DNA of 64,000 nt from an uncultured bacterium (GCA_965541585.1 CBEUCH010000006.1:128001-192000), one strand, 5' to 3'. Counted from the first letter of the stretch, positions 18,741 to 29,714 are shown. The notes: generated by a model not told the origin, from the letters alone. Made by a program: numbers and translations.

Positions 18741-20033
18741 ATGAAGAAATTCTGTGTTTTGATGCTGCTTTTTCTGCTTCTAACATCGCCGGTTCTGGCC
18801 GGCAAAACCACCTTCCACACGCTGGACAACGGTATGGAGGTGATACTCAAGGAGAACCATGCCGTATCGCTGATATCCTCTGTGGTGGTGGTCAAAGCCG
18901 GCAGCAAATACGAAAACGACCAGAACAACGGGTTTACGCATCTATTGGAGCATATGCTTTTTAACGGCACCGAGACCAAGACCCGCGAGGATATCACCGA
19001 GGGGATCAAAAACTACGGCGGCTATATCAACGCATTCACGCGCCAGGAGATGACCGGCTACCTGGTGGTCATGCCGACGGAGTTTATCGAACAGGGACTC
19101 GATATACAGTCGGACCAGCTGTTCAACTCCATATTGCCTGCAGACGAATTCCCCAAGGAGCGGGATATAGTTGCGGAGGAGATCAAGAAAGACAACGACA
19201 TGGAAAGCTCCGTGGCGTACGACTATTTCAACTCGGTGATCTTCCAGGGTACGCCCTACGCCTTGCCGGTGATCGGATATGACGAAACCATCAAATCCGT
19301 CTCACGCGACGAGGTGATGAGCTATTACAAAGAGTATTACGTACCGAATAATATGATCGCATTCTTCAGTGGAGATTTTGAAACGGGGAAGATGCTCAAA
19401 CTGGTGGAGAGATATTTCGGGAAATATCCTCGCGGCGAGACGCCTGCGCTTGAGGAGTTCAGTATATCACCGCCCTACAGGACGAAGGTTCATACCAAAA
19501 GCTTTCCCTCCAGAGTAACCTATATCAACATCTCCCTCCCGGGCCCGTTGTATAGCGATCCCGACTATTTCGCTTTCGATGTCCTCTCGCAGATACTCGA
19601 TTCCGACTCTTCCCCGTTGAGCAAAGCTCTCACCGGCGCCGGCGATCCGTTGGCTACCGATGTTTCGGTGAGCCTGGCCATGCAAAAAGAGTTTACCATG
19701 ATGGATATCTCGATCAAGACCAACGATAAGAAAAATATAAAGCCTATTGTAGCCAAGACGATCGAAACGCTGACAGCCTTACCTGAGACGGAGTTTAACG
19801 AAGATGATATCCGCAGGGTGGTCGTACCCAACAAGGTTTACGAGATAAAACTCGAGGAGAAGCTTCATTATTACGGTATCATGAAGGCGCCGTATCTGGC
19901 CACAGCCGGATTTGAATTTCTCGAAAGCTATATAGACAATCTCTCGGATGTGACGCCTGCTGATGTAAATGGAATCGTGCAAGAATACTTTTCCAAACCT
20001 GAATACGTGGCCTGCGCCCTGGCGTCCAAATAG
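18741..20033 (+). CDS. M16 (insulinase/pitrilysin) zinc peptidase, catalytic subunit
   Basis: Signal peptide, LDNGM, HLLEH (HxxEH), NAFT, ERDIVAEE; SD GGAGG. Confidence 0.92.
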   Translation: MKKFCVLMLLFLLLTSPVLAGKTTFHTLDNGMEVILKENHAVSLISSVVVVKAGSKYENDQNNGFTHLLEHMLFNGTETKTREDITEGIKNYGGYINAFTRQEMTGYLVVMPTEFIEQGLDIQSDQLFNSILPADEFPKERDIVAEEIKKDNDMESSVAYDYFNSVIFQGTPYALPVIGYDETIKSVSRDEVMSYYKEYYVPNNMIAFFSGDFETGKMLKLVERYFGKYPRGETPALEEFSISPPYRTKVHTKSFPSRVTYINISLPGPLYSDPDYFAFDVLSQILDSDSSPLSKALTGAGDPLATDVSVSLAMQKEFTMMDISIKTNDKKNIKPIVAKTIETLTALPETEFNEDDIRRVVVPNKVYEIKLEEKLHYYGIMKAPYLATAGFEFLESYIDNLSDVTPADVNGIVQEYFSKPEYVACALASK

Positions 20034-20042
20034 GAGGTGGAG

Positions 20043-21404
20043 ATGAGACGGATAATAGAAATGAAATTTCAGATAGCAACAGCGTTAGCGGCCATGCTTT
20101 TTCTATCGCTTTGTATCAATTCCTGCGGCACTAAGACCAATTATAACAAATTCGTGCGAGAGGTGCTTCCGAACGGGCTGACTCTCATCATAAAATACAA
20201 TCCCGACAGCCGTGTATTCGCCATAAATATCCTGGGGAGAAACCGCAGCGCCACCGAAGCCGATGGCAAGGACGGTATCACCGATTTCGTCAACCGGATG
20301 CTGGTGAACGGAGCCGACGGCATGAACGCCGAAGAAGTGCAAAACAGGATGGACGATCTCGGAATTGATATCACCGCCAACGACATTCCGTATATTCCTT
20401 ATGACGACCGTTACACCACGCGCAGCTACTCATTCATTAAATTCGAGACTATCGACGAATACTCTGAAGCCGGTACGCGGCTATTGTATCAGATAGTGGC
20501 CAAACCGGACTTCCCCGAAGACGAGATAGAGAAAACCAAAAAGAAGGTTATGGGACTTCTGGGGATGAGATCAGGCTCCACTTATCAGAACGCCCGGAAT
20601 GAATTCTACGGGAAGTTGTTCGAGGGACATCCCTTCGCAAAGACCGTCATGGGAACGCACGGAACTGTTATGAGATTCACTCGCGACGATCTGGTTACTC
20701 ATCATCGGAGTTTCTACGCTCCCGGGAATATGATCATGGCGGTGGCGACAAATATCGATCCGGATACTGTGAAAAGCTGGATCTATTCTACATTCGGCCA
20801 GATGCCGGTGGTAGAGCAAGAATATCAGAAGCCGGCAATACCCGAAAAACCGTCGGGACTGGTGGAGGTCCATCATGAAATGGATAAAGAACAGATTTAT
20901 ATTTACCTTGGGGGGCTGACGCCCGGTCTTGAGTCTCCCGATGCCGCGGCCATGCATATGGCTTCTTCAATATTATCGACTCGCATGAAGCTTAACCTGC
21001 GCGAGGAGCAGGGGCTGGCTTATTCTGTCGGCATGGGAATACAGTTTATGCCGGAATTCGGATGGACTATTGTTTCCATGGGGACGAGCTATGAGAATTA
21101 CAATATCGCCCGGGACGGTCTGATGGCGGAGATTGATAAGCTGAAATCTGAATTGCCCACTGATGATGAATTGAAAAAGGCTCAGAACTCAACCTGGGGT
21201 TCGATGCTGCTGGCGAGGGCATCGAGGATAAACCAGGCGTACTACATGTGCAAAAACGAGTTTCTGGGTGTCGGCTATGATTACCAGGACGATTACCTGG
21301 CGAAGATTCGGCGAGTAACTGTTGAGGATATCCAAAGGGTGGTCAAAGATTATTTCGATACCGAGAACATGGTGATCGCCACCGCCGGCAAGATAGTCGG
21401 TTAG
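20043..21404 (+). CDS. M16 peptidase, non-catalytic partner subunit (lipoprotein-like)
   Basis: LPNGL, no HxxEH, has LREEQGLAYS (Arg/Tyr pair); lipobox-like INSC. Confidence 0.88.
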   Translation: MRRIIEMKFQIATALAAMLFLSLCINSCGTKTNYNKFVREVLPNGLTLIIKYNPDSRVFAINILGRNRSATEADGKDGITDFVNRMLVNGADGMNAEEVQNRMDDLGIDITANDIPYIPYDDRYTTRSYSFIKFETIDEYSEAGTRLLYQIVAKPDFPEDEIEKTKKKVMGLLGMRSGSTYQNARNEFYGKLFEGHPFAKTVMGTHGTVMRFTRDDLVTHHRSFYAPGNMIMAVATNIDPDTVKSWIYSTFGQMPVVEQEYQKPAIPEKPSGLVEVHHEMDKEQIYIYLGGLTPGLESPDAAAMHMASSILSTRMKLNLREEQGLAYSVGMGIQFMPEFGWTIVSMGTSYENYNIARDGLMAEIDKLKSELPTDDELKKAQNSTWGSMLLARASRINQAYYMCKNEFLGVGYDYQDDYLAKIRRVTVEDIQRVVKDYFDTENMVIATAGKIVG

Positions 21405-21431
21405 AGTAAGGGCGAATTTGATTAAATCAAT

Positions 21432-22304
21432 TTAGATCCGGTCAAGTTCTGTATCAATTGAAATACCCCGCCCTCCGAGTCCAATCAATTTTTGATTGCC
21501 GGCAGGCGGGGTTTTGAATTCTCCGGGATCGACAACGTAAAGAGTAACTCCCATTTCAAGGGCTGCTTTACCAGCATGCATAGTTCCGCCATCGATACCA
21601 GCCTCCACCACGATTATACCCTTCGATAAAGCGCAGACAAGCTTGTTCCTCACCATCGCATAAGCAGAACTCCAGGGGCTGTTAGGATGAAACTGTGATA
21701 TCACCAGCGCCTCATCTCTTGGGAATTCGGACAATCCGCTTGCCAAAAATTGTTTTATTCCTGAAGATAAAACTATAATGGTTTTAAGGTCGTTCTCTAT
21801 GGCTGAAACATGTGCTGCCTTATCGATGCCCGCGGCACCCCCTGAGATTATAGGGACATCATAACCGGCCAATCCTTTGATTATTCTTTCCACCAGATTG
21901 AAGCCCTCATTTGAGGCTTTTCTTGAACCGACGATGGCTAAACCCTGCTGTGAAAGCAGTTCTCTATTCCCATAAACGAACAGTAAAGGTGGCGCATCGA
22001 TATTGAGTCTTTTAGTGAGAGCCTCAGGATAATCTTGAGAGTCTATAGAGATAATCTCAACATCGGCTTCAATAAGGGAATCGAACTCGACCAACGCTCT
22101 GTCACCATCGACATCTTTTAATGCCTGGCAATCTCTTTCTGTCAAATCAGGGAAAAGGGATCGCATCTGTGATACATCCGATTCTAGAAAACGATCAAAC
22201 CCATCATCTACAATATTTTGAGCGCGTAGAATTCTGCTAATTTTTCGTGGCCCTATTCCATTAGCACAAAAGAGCCTATAGATATCGCGTTCGGAGATTG
22301 CCAT
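21432..22304 (-). CDS. dprA: DprA/Smf DNA-protecting protein
   Basis: YPEAL, APPLLFVYGN, AIVGSR, ISGGAAGID, RNKLVCALS, VVEAG..GGT; short, with no C-terminal extension. Confidence 0.88.
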   Translation of the reverse strand: MAISERDIYRLFCANGIGPRKISRILRAQNIVDDGFDRFLESDVSQMRSLFPDLTERDCQALKDVDGDRALVEFDSLIEADVEIISIDSQDYPEALTKRLNIDAPPLLFVYGNRELLSQQGLAIVGSRKASNEGFNLVERIIKGLAGYDVPIISGGAAGIDKAAHVSAIENDLKTIIVLSSGIKQFLASGLSEFPRDEALVISQFHPNSPWSSAYAMVRNKLVCALSKGIIVVEAGIDGGTMHAGKAALEMGVTLYVVDPGEFKTPPAGNQKLIGLGGRGISIDTELDRI

Positions 22305-22891
22305 TATCTTCTGGTCCTTGTTTTTGTAATAGTCAAAACATATATTGATTTGACTCCGGCTTCCCTTCGTAGCACTCTGGCGCCTTCATTGAGAGTCAGG
22401 CCTGAACGGTAGAGATCATCGAACAGGAGGACTGCTTTATGCTCAAGCTTTCTGGATCTCACGGCGAACATATCTTTCACCAATTCTGCCCTTTGTCGAA
22501 AATCCTCTATTTCCTTCATGGGCGGAAGTCGTCTCGCCATTCTTATAATTCTTGTTTCTACCGGCAAGCCAGTCAGTTTGCCCAACCTCTTACCAATTGA
22601 GCGAACCGGCTGAAAGAATAGACGAAATCTGGATGGCGGAATCGTCACGATATTATCGATTTCTTGAAGAATTCCTTTTTCTTTTAGAAACTCAATGGCC
22701 ACGGCGGCAAGTTTTCTGGCCAGCCACCATTCACGTCTGTACTTCAATCTGTAAAGGATCTCGCCTATGGGGGTTCTTAGGGTGTGATAACTGTTCTTCG
22801 ATTCATTGTAGCGACTTGAAATCGTATGAAAATCCATCGCCCATCCGGCTATCCAATTCCCTTTCAATTCTTGAATGTTGGTGGCTATCAT
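22304..22891 (-). CDS. ComF-like phosphoribosyltransferase-fold protein
   Basis: LYRLKY, IPPS, VLLFDDLYRSGLTL PRPP loop; no N-terminal zinc ribbon; TAATG overlap with dprA. Confidence 0.82.
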   Translation of the reverse strand: MIATNIQELKGNWIAGWAMDFHTISSRYNESKNSYHTLRTPIGEILYRLKYRREWWLARKLAAVAIEFLKEKGILQEIDNIVTIPPSRFRLFFQPVRSIGKRLGKLTGLPVETRIIRMARRLPPMKEIEDFRQRAELVKDMFAVRSRKLEHKAVLLFDDLYRSGLTLNEGARVLRREAGVKSIYVLTITKTRTRR

Positions 22892-23026
22892 TTTGACATC
22901 TATGATATTTGAGACATCATCTTAAGTCAATAGTATAAGTAAATAATGTCGGAACAGTCAGCGTCAATAAATACAAAACGAGGAGACTCCGGCTCTCAGT
23001 TCAACTTAAGCCCTGATCTCTTTATG

Positions 23027-24040
23027 TCAGATGATCCGCTCTATCTTGCGGTCAGCAAAGGAGAAATATCGCTCGACCTCGAAATGCTCTCTGCCATCGA
23101 CCAAGACAACCGGGTATATCAGATAATTAAGAGGATCTGAAAGCCCCTCCACTTCGAGTGTTATATCGCGGCCGATGGTGAATGCCACCCTGTTCTCATC
23201 GAGGCTGCCGAAGAAGAATTCGGTTTTCTCCGGATTCTTGCTGGCTTCGGAGGCGTCCACCGGAACCCAGCCGAGCTCATCGGTGTAAAATTCGGCCCAG
23301 CAGTGGTATCCCGCTATCTCGCCCTCTTCTCTGTCCTCCGGCAGCGGGAATCCCATCACGAACCTGGCCGGTATGCCGCTGGCGCGGGCCATACCGATGA
23401 AAAGCGAATGAAAATCAGTGCAGTTACCGGCTCTGGTGTCGCAGGCGTAGATGGCATCCCCGCGACCCCAGCCGACACCGCTCTTGTCGTATGTCATTGT
23501 GGCGACGATATTATCATATATAGCGCGGGCCTTTTCCAGATCGGTCATGCCCTCGCTGACAACCTTTTCCTTCTCCTCCAGGACGGCGCCGTCCAGCGGG
23601 ATGAGTTTATCCGGTGAGAGGAAGCGGGTAAGCATGAGTTCCGACGGTCTGTCTATCTCTTTTAATGAGCCATCGAGGGCAGAATAGTTTTTCCGGTTCG
23701 CCAGAAAGGTCATTTTTGCCTGAAAGCTCTCGCCCACGCTCTCACCACCCAGGTCAATTCTTAAAATCTTATTGCCGTATTCGTTGTCGGTTAAGTAGAC
23801 ATAGGGAGACGCGCTATCAATCTTGATATTCGAAATAATCTGGTGATAGTCCGACTGCGGAACGGGAATCAATACGCTGACGTTCTCGGCGTCCGGAGGT
23901 ATGTTGTTCACCTCCACCATATAAGCAAACTCAATAGTTCTGCCGGAATCGTCGGTGGAGAATGGTTTCGTTAGAATACCGTATGCTATTACGCCCGCAA
24001 CCAGGATAGATATAATTATCACGGTTCCCTTCACCTTCAT
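23027..24040 (-). CDS. Transglutaminase-like domain protein
   Basis: GNCTDFHSLFIGMARASGIPARF, YHCWAEFY, WVPVD (Cys-His-Asp); N-terminal TM/signal. Confidence 0.9.
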   Translation of the reverse strand: MKVKGTVIIISILVAGVIAYGILTKPFSTDDSGRTIEFAYMVEVNNIPPDAENVSVLIPVPQSDYHQIISNIKIDSASPYVYLTDNEYGNKILRIDLGGESVGESFQAKMTFLANRKNYSALDGSLKEIDRPSELMLTRFLSPDKLIPLDGAVLEEKEKVVSEGMTDLEKARAIYDNIVATMTYDKSGVGWGRGDAIYACDTRAGNCTDFHSLFIGMARASGIPARFVMGFPLPEDREEGEIAGYHCWAEFYTDELGWVPVDASEASKNPEKTEFFFGSLDENRVAFTIGRDITLEVEGLSDPLNYLIYPVVLVDGREHFEVERYFSFADRKIERII

Positions 24041-24476
24041 CGCTCGCACCTCTCCGTTAAAGGCCTTCATTCCCAATCTCGATTCTTGAACAAGCCCGGC
24101 ATCTCAAAAGTTCCAATCATAGGATATCAATAAGCGGGAAGACCTAACCTGATTGTAAGAGCATTTTTCTGGACGATCATCTTGCCTTCCTGGACCCGCG
24201 ATTTCTACGCCGTGATTAGAATGAAGCAATCTGGCGAAGTCGCAGGTGCGAGGAGCATTGGATTAGACTTTATTTTTAGAAGAGAAGCAAGAGAAAATTA
24301 AACCAGATGAGGAAACACCGGTAATAGTAGCTTCAAATGTCATCCCCCGCCATACTCCATCAAATGGATTTCACCGTTCCCTCGGAGTCGGTGGTGCCGC
24401 CAAAATCATGATCGCTGCGGAACAAGCGGTATGCCAGCGTGGTTAATCTTAAGAACGGAAACCCGGGGTTTAACCT

Positions 24477-25520
24477 ATGGCCAGGATAATTTCTACAGCG
24501 ATCGCACCTCCCTCTTACAGGGTTTCGCAGGATCAGGCGAAAGAGTTTGCCCGCCATCATTTTTCATCCGGGCTCGAAAATATAGATGCCCTGCTGCCCA
24601 TCTTTGAACATGCTGGAATCGAGAGCCGCTATTTCTGCGTGCCCCCGGAATGGTTTCTAACCTCGAAGGATTTCCGGAAGAAAAATGAGATCTATATCGA
24701 ATGGGCCACGAAGCTGGCTGAGGAGGCGTCCCGGAAGTGCCTGGAAAGTGTGAATGTAACGTCCGATGAGATCGATTATATCATTTTCGTTTCGACGACC
24801 GGACTTGCCACACCGTCGATCGATGCCCGGCTGATCAACATTATGAAGATGCGCTCGGATATCGGCCGTGCGCCGGTGTGGGGTTTTGGTTGCCTGGGCG
24901 GAGCCGCCGGTCTGTCGATGGCCTTCAATTATATAAAGGCCTACCCGGATTCAAAGGTATTGGTCGTGGCAGTGGAGCTATGCGGCCTGACATTTCAGTA
25001 TGGCGATTTTAGCAAAAGCAACTTTGTGGCGACCGCCCTCTTTGCCGACGGCGCAGCAGCGGCTCTTATTGCAGGTGAAGGTGACGGCCCTGAGATTATC
25101 GCCACCGAAAGCAGGATCTGGCCGGATTCTCTCGATGTCATGGGCTGGAATTTCTTGAATGATGGCATGCAGGTGGTGTTCTCAAAAGCCATTCCCGCTA
25201 TTGTGAGCAGATATGCACACGAAAATATATCCGGCTTTCTTGTAAATAACGGATTATCACTCGCTGATCTGGAGTACTACCTGATCCATCCCGGCGGCGT
25301 GAAGGTGATAGAGGCATATGAGCGATCGCTTGGTATTAATTCCCGGAAGCTTCGGCTATCCCGGGAAATCCTTAAGAATTACGGAAACATGTCGTCGGCT
25401 ACGATCCTCTATATTCTCGATAGTTTTCTACAATCTGATGGGATGGAGCAGGGGAACTTTGGTCTGATAACATCACTCGGCCCCGGTTTTTCTTCAGAAT
25501 GTCTGCTGTTTAAGGTATAG
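24477..25520 (+). CDS. Type III polyketide synthase (BpsA/chalcone synthase-like)
   Basis: GFGCLGG, VELC, LFADGAAA, IHPGG, YGNMSS, GPGF. Confidence 0.92.
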   Translation: MARIISTAIAPPSYRVSQDQAKEFARHHFSSGLENIDALLPIFEHAGIESRYFCVPPEWFLTSKDFRKKNEIYIEWATKLAEEASRKCLESVNVTSDEIDYIIFVSTTGLATPSIDARLINIMKMRSDIGRAPVWGFGCLGGAAGLSMAFNYIKAYPDSKVLVVAVELCGLTFQYGDFSKSNFVATALFADGAAAALIAGEGDGPEIIATESRIWPDSLDVMGWNFLNDGMQVVFSKAIPAIVSRYAHENISGFLVNNGLSLADLEYYLIHPGGVKVIEAYERSLGINSRKLRLSREILKNYGNMSSATILYILDSFLQSDGMEQGNFGLITSLGPGFSSECLLFKV

Positions 25521-25559
25521 CTCCGGGAAATATGAAGTGAAACCTGTCGGCTGCTCTGG

Positions 25560-27518
25560 TCAGTCTTCCTCGTATTTTGCTTTCAAGGAGTCTATCACGG
25601 TGGGATCGGCCAGTGTAGCTATATTTCCCAATGCGGAACCGTCGGCGATGTCGCGCAAGAGCCTTCGCATTATTTTTCCGGAGCGAGTTTTGGGAAGATC
25701 GGCGGTGAAGATAATTTTCTCGGGCACTGCAAATTTGCCTATCTTCGTTTTGATCCATTCCGCAAGCTCATTTTCCAGTTCATCGTGCATCTCTACCCCG
25801 TCACACAGCGTAACGAATGCCGCCAGCGCCTGGCCCTTGATTTCATGTTTTATCCCGATTACCGCTGATTCCGAAACCGCCTTATGTTCAACGAAAGCGC
25901 TCTCAAGCTCAGCAGTACCGATTCTGTGCCCGGATACGTTAACAACATCATCGACACGTCCGAGTATCCAGAAATAGCCATCCTTATCTTTCTTGGCGCC
26001 GTCGCCGGGAAAATAAATGCCGTCCCATTTGGACCAGTAAGTTTGCCTGTATCGGTCGGGATCACCATAGATCCCCCGAAGCATTCCGGGCCAGGGTTTC
26101 ATGATGGCCAGTAAGCCGGCGTCTGCCGGTTGGCCGTCCTCGGTTAATACATCAGCCTCAATTCCGAAGAAAGGCAGAGTTGCGCTGCCCGGCTTGGTCG
26201 TGATACAGCCCGGCAGTGGCGTAATCATGATACCACCGGTTTCAGTTTGCCACCAGGTATCAACGATTGGGCATTTTTCACCACCTATATTCTCGTGATA
26301 CCATATCCAGGCCTCCGGATTTATGGGTTCTCCCACGGTTCCCAGAAGCCGAAGCGAACCGAGGTCGAATTTTTGCGGCCACTTACTGCCCCACTTCATA
26401 AAAGTCCGGATTGCAGTAGGGGCTGTATAAAAAACATTGACTCCATATTTCTCGATCAAATTCCAGAACCGCCCTCGATCCGGCCAGTCCGGAGTGCCTT
26501 CATACATTACGCAGGTTGCGCCGTTGGCAAGCGGCCCATAGACCAGATAGCTGTGCCCGGTAACCCAGCCGATATCGGCAGTGCACCAGAAAACGTCCTC
26601 AGGCTTAATATCAAAAACAAATTTCATAGTTAGATAAGTGTAGACCATATAGCCGCCCGTAGTATGGATGATTCCCTTGGGTTTGCCGGTGGTCCCGCTG
26701 GTATAAAGCAAGAACAGCATATCCTCGCTGTCCATTTCTTCAGCCGGACAGGTCATCGAGACGCCATCGACGATACTATGATACCAGTGGTCGCGTCCCT
26801 CTTTTATATGACATGGAAAGGTGCTGTGATCCGATCTGCGAACAACCACGACATCGCTGACGCAGTCGCAATCGGCTATGGCCTCGTCGACAATATTTTT
26901 CAATGGCAAGACCTTTCCCCGTCGCCAGCCTCCATCCGACGTGATGATGATTTTTGCCTGGGAATCCAAGACCCGGTCACGAATAGACTCGGCGGAAAAA
27001 CCGGCGAAAATTACCGAATGTACGAGCCCCAGTCGAGCGCAGGCCAGCATACTGATAACGAGCTCGGGTATCATGGGCAGATATATTGCAACCCTGTCCC
27101 CTCTCTTGACTCCAAGGCCCTTCAAGGCGTTTGCAAAGCGATTTACTTCGCGGGCCAGATCCCAATAGGTCAGCACTCGCTGATCGCCGGGCTCGCCCTC
27201 CCAGATTAAGGCGGCTTTATTGCGAATGGATGATTGTAGATGCCTGTCAAGGCAATTATATGCGATATTGGTCTTACCATTTTCGAACCATTTGTAAAAA
27301 ACTCCATCGTCAACATTCAGAACTTTATCCCATCTGGAAAACCAGTGAAGCTCCTCGGCTATCTCTCCCCAGAATTTCTCGGGATTTTCGATGCTGTGGC
27401 GATAGAGTTTCATATATTCATCGAAAGTTTTCATATGACTTTTCCGTCTGAATTCATCCGACGGCTCAAACCGTCTGGTTTCATCAGATACGGTTACGAG
27501 ATTGCCGGTGTCTGCCAT
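25560..27518 (-). CDS. acs: Acetyl-CoA synthetase (AMP-forming)
   Basis: LYTSGTTGKPKG, TADIGWVTGHSY, VDTWWQTETGG, PKTRSGKIMRR. Confidence 0.96.
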   Translation of the reverse strand: MADTGNLVTVSDETRRFEPSDEFRRKSHMKTFDEYMKLYRHSIENPEKFWGEIAEELHWFSRWDKVLNVDDGVFYKWFENGKTNIAYNCLDRHLQSSIRNKAALIWEGEPGDQRVLTYWDLAREVNRFANALKGLGVKRGDRVAIYLPMIPELVISMLACARLGLVHSVIFAGFSAESIRDRVLDSQAKIIITSDGGWRRGKVLPLKNIVDEAIADCDCVSDVVVVRRSDHSTFPCHIKEGRDHWYHSIVDGVSMTCPAEEMDSEDMLFLLYTSGTTGKPKGIIHTTGGYMVYTYLTMKFVFDIKPEDVFWCTADIGWVTGHSYLVYGPLANGATCVMYEGTPDWPDRGRFWNLIEKYGVNVFYTAPTAIRTFMKWGSKWPQKFDLGSLRLLGTVGEPINPEAWIWYHENIGGEKCPIVDTWWQTETGGIMITPLPGCITTKPGSATLPFFGIEADVLTEDGQPADAGLLAIMKPWPGMLRGIYGDPDRYRQTYWSKWDGIYFPGDGAKKDKDGYFWILGRVDDVVNVSGHRIGTAELESAFVEHKAVSESAVIGIKHEIKGQALAAFVTLCDGVEMHDELENELAEWIKTKIGKFAVPEKIIFTADLPKTRSGKIMRRLLRDIADGSALGNIATLADPTVIDSLKAKYEED

Positions 27519-27719
27519 GGCCTTCCTCTCCTCTCGTAGAGCAGCCATAATATTTATAGCGAAAATAAGTTACACTCAACTGCTCATATCGACAATTTAA
27601 AAATATTACTTATACTTAGCAACAGATTTTATTGCCGGACAAAAGACCGGGACGCGTCGATGTAATTTTGCCGGCAGAGTGCTGTCTGTTTATAATTCCG
27701 GGAACAGCGCTGAATGCCT

Positions 27720-29714
27720 TTACCTCTTTCCCTTTAAATGCCTGTCAAACCATTTCAGAATCCATTCCAAGCGCACCATTCGTCTATCGGGACGGCCGCA
27801 ACGTGAGAGGCCATGCGGCTCGCCGGGAAAACGGATCATCTCGACTTTCCGTTTCAGCTTTTTGAGCGATACGAATAGCTGCTCGGCCTGCTCGATGGGG
27901 CATCGCAGATCCTGTTCGGAGTGAATAATAAGAAGAGGGGTCTTGATTTTGGCTACATGTTTTATGGGAGACATCTCCCACCAGCTATCGAGATTTTTCC
28001 AGGGAGAACCTTTTATCTCGCGGTCTATATCGAAACCGAAATCGGATGATCCGTAAAACGAGACGAAGTTGGTAACCGATCGCTGGGTCACCGCTGCCTT
28101 GAATAGATCGGTATGCGTGATGATCCAGTTGGTCATATAGCCGCCGTAACTGCCTCCTGTCACACCCATCCTTTTTTTGTCTATGTATTTTTGCGATGCC
28201 ATGTGGTGTGCCAGCGACATGCAATCTTCATAGTCAAATTGTCCCCAGGCGTTGATTATTACCTCGGCGTGCTTTTTTCCGTAGCCCTGTCCTCCGCGAG
28301 GATTACCGTAATAAACCACGTATCCCCTGGCGGCCAGATACTGCATCTCGTGGAAAAATGTATAGCCGTACTGCACCGTGGGACCGCCGTGTATCTGCAG
28401 GATGGACGGATACTTCTTTTTCGTAGAGAAATTCGGCGGTTTGATAATCCAGGCGTGAATCGGATAGTTGTCGTGGCCGCGGACGATCATCTCCTCGGGC
28501 TTTTGAACATTCAGATCTTTAAAGAGCTTATCATTAAGGCGGGTCAATCGTTTCGGTTTTGAGTTTCCGGATGTATCGGATATGAATATCTCGGCCGGGG
28601 TTGTCCATCCGGAGATGGTCGAGACGATGTATTTTTTTCGCCCGGCAAGAGAAAACGCGGTCACGTGCAGTTTTCCGCCGATAACTCTCGATAAACGCCT
28701 CCCCGATGATCTCACCTTATAAAGTCGGGTGGCGCCATTCTCGGAGACCTGGAAATAAATCTCTTTCCCATTGGCAGACCAAATCGGTGCTTGAGCCCAA
28801 TGAACTTCCGCGGTATCGGAGATAGTAAGATCCATCGCCATTCTGTCCAATTTTGAGATCAGATCTACCGCTTTGCCGCCCTTGACCGATATTTTCCAGA
28901 TATGTTCGTTCTCTATACCCCAGGCGCCCTGCGGCTTATCGTTGCCGATGAACGCGATTTCCTTACCGTCGGGGGAGGCCGACATCGCCTCCACCGGACC
29001 TTCGGGTTTTTTGAGTTTTCGAGGTGTTCCTCCATTCGCAGAAACCACGAAAATATCGTCTTTCATGGTTTCTACATCGGGATGACGCTGAACATTGGTG
29101 ATATAGGCGATTTTCTTGCCGTCGCCGAGCCAGACCGGTCCCCGTTCCCCATTCTTGCCACCGCTAATCCGGGTTCCTTTGCCGTTCTCCATATCATAAA
29201 CATAGACATGCCCGCGATCCTGCGGAAAGAAACCGGCATTATCGAGCTTATAGAATAACCTTGTGATGTGACGGAACACCGGTTCCTCTTTTTTCCCGTG
29301 CCTGTCCTTGGGAACCTCGTCGTTCTTCGCAAAAACACAGAGAATTTTCTTGCTATCGGGCGATACTGAGATATCGGAATACGACCCGTCATTGCCGACC
29401 AATAGCTTCGCTTCACCTCCGGATGTCGGCATCTTGTAGATGCCCTTTTTTTCTCCCCGTTTGGATATGAACACGATCCAGTTACCGTCGGGGGAGAAAA
29501 CAGGGTTTGAGTCTTTGACATCGCCGAACGTGTACTGCCTGAGATCCGTGCCATCGGCATTCACCATAAATATATGCGAGTAGTAATCTTTTTTGTCCTT
29601 CGCTACAACTTCCATGGTGAACATGATTTTGGATTCGTCCGGTGAGATCACTACGGTCCGCACGAACTTCATTCTTAACAGGTCTTCGGCTGTGATTTTC
29701 TTATTTTTCATCAC
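27720..29714 (-). CDS. S9 family (prolyl oligopeptidase/acylaminoacyl) peptidase
   Basis: Beta-propeller repeats, IHGGP, GGSYGG, DLRC, EPH; SD AAGGAG before GTG/ATG. Confidence 0.93.
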   Translation of the reverse strand: MMKNKKITAEDLLRMKFVRTVVISPDESKIMFTMEVVAKDKKDYYSHIFMVNADGTDLRQYTFGDVKDSNPVFSPDGNWIVFISKRGEKKGIYKMPTSGGEAKLLVGNDGSYSDISVSPDSKKILCVFAKNDEVPKDRHGKKEEPVFRHITRLFYKLDNAGFFPQDRGHVYVYDMENGKGTRISGGKNGERGPVWLGDGKKIAYITNVQRHPDVETMKDDIFVVSANGGTPRKLKKPEGPVEAMSASPDGKEIAFIGNDKPQGAWGIENEHIWKISVKGGKAVDLISKLDRMAMDLTISDTAEVHWAQAPIWSANGKEIYFQVSENGATRLYKVRSSGRRLSRVIGGKLHVTAFSLAGRKKYIVSTISGWTTPAEIFISDTSGNSKPKRLTRLNDKLFKDLNVQKPEEMIVRGHDNYPIHAWIIKPPNFSTKKKYPSILQIHGGPTVQYGYTFFHEMQYLAARGYVVYYGNPRGGQGYGKKHAEVIINAWGQFDYEDCMSLAHHMASQKYIDKKRMGVTGGSYGGYMTNWIITHTDLFKAAVTQRSVTNFVSFYGSSDFGFDIDREIKGSPWKNLDSWWEMSPIKHVAKIKTPLLIIHSEQDLRCPIEQAEQLFVSLKKLKRKVEMIRFPGEPHGLSRCGRPDRRMVRLEWILKWFDRHLKGKR

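Noticed and set aside
24080..24470. 400-bp intergenic region as ncRNA or small ORF
   Set aside because: Only short unsupported ORFs and scrambled REP-like words; no recognisable structure.
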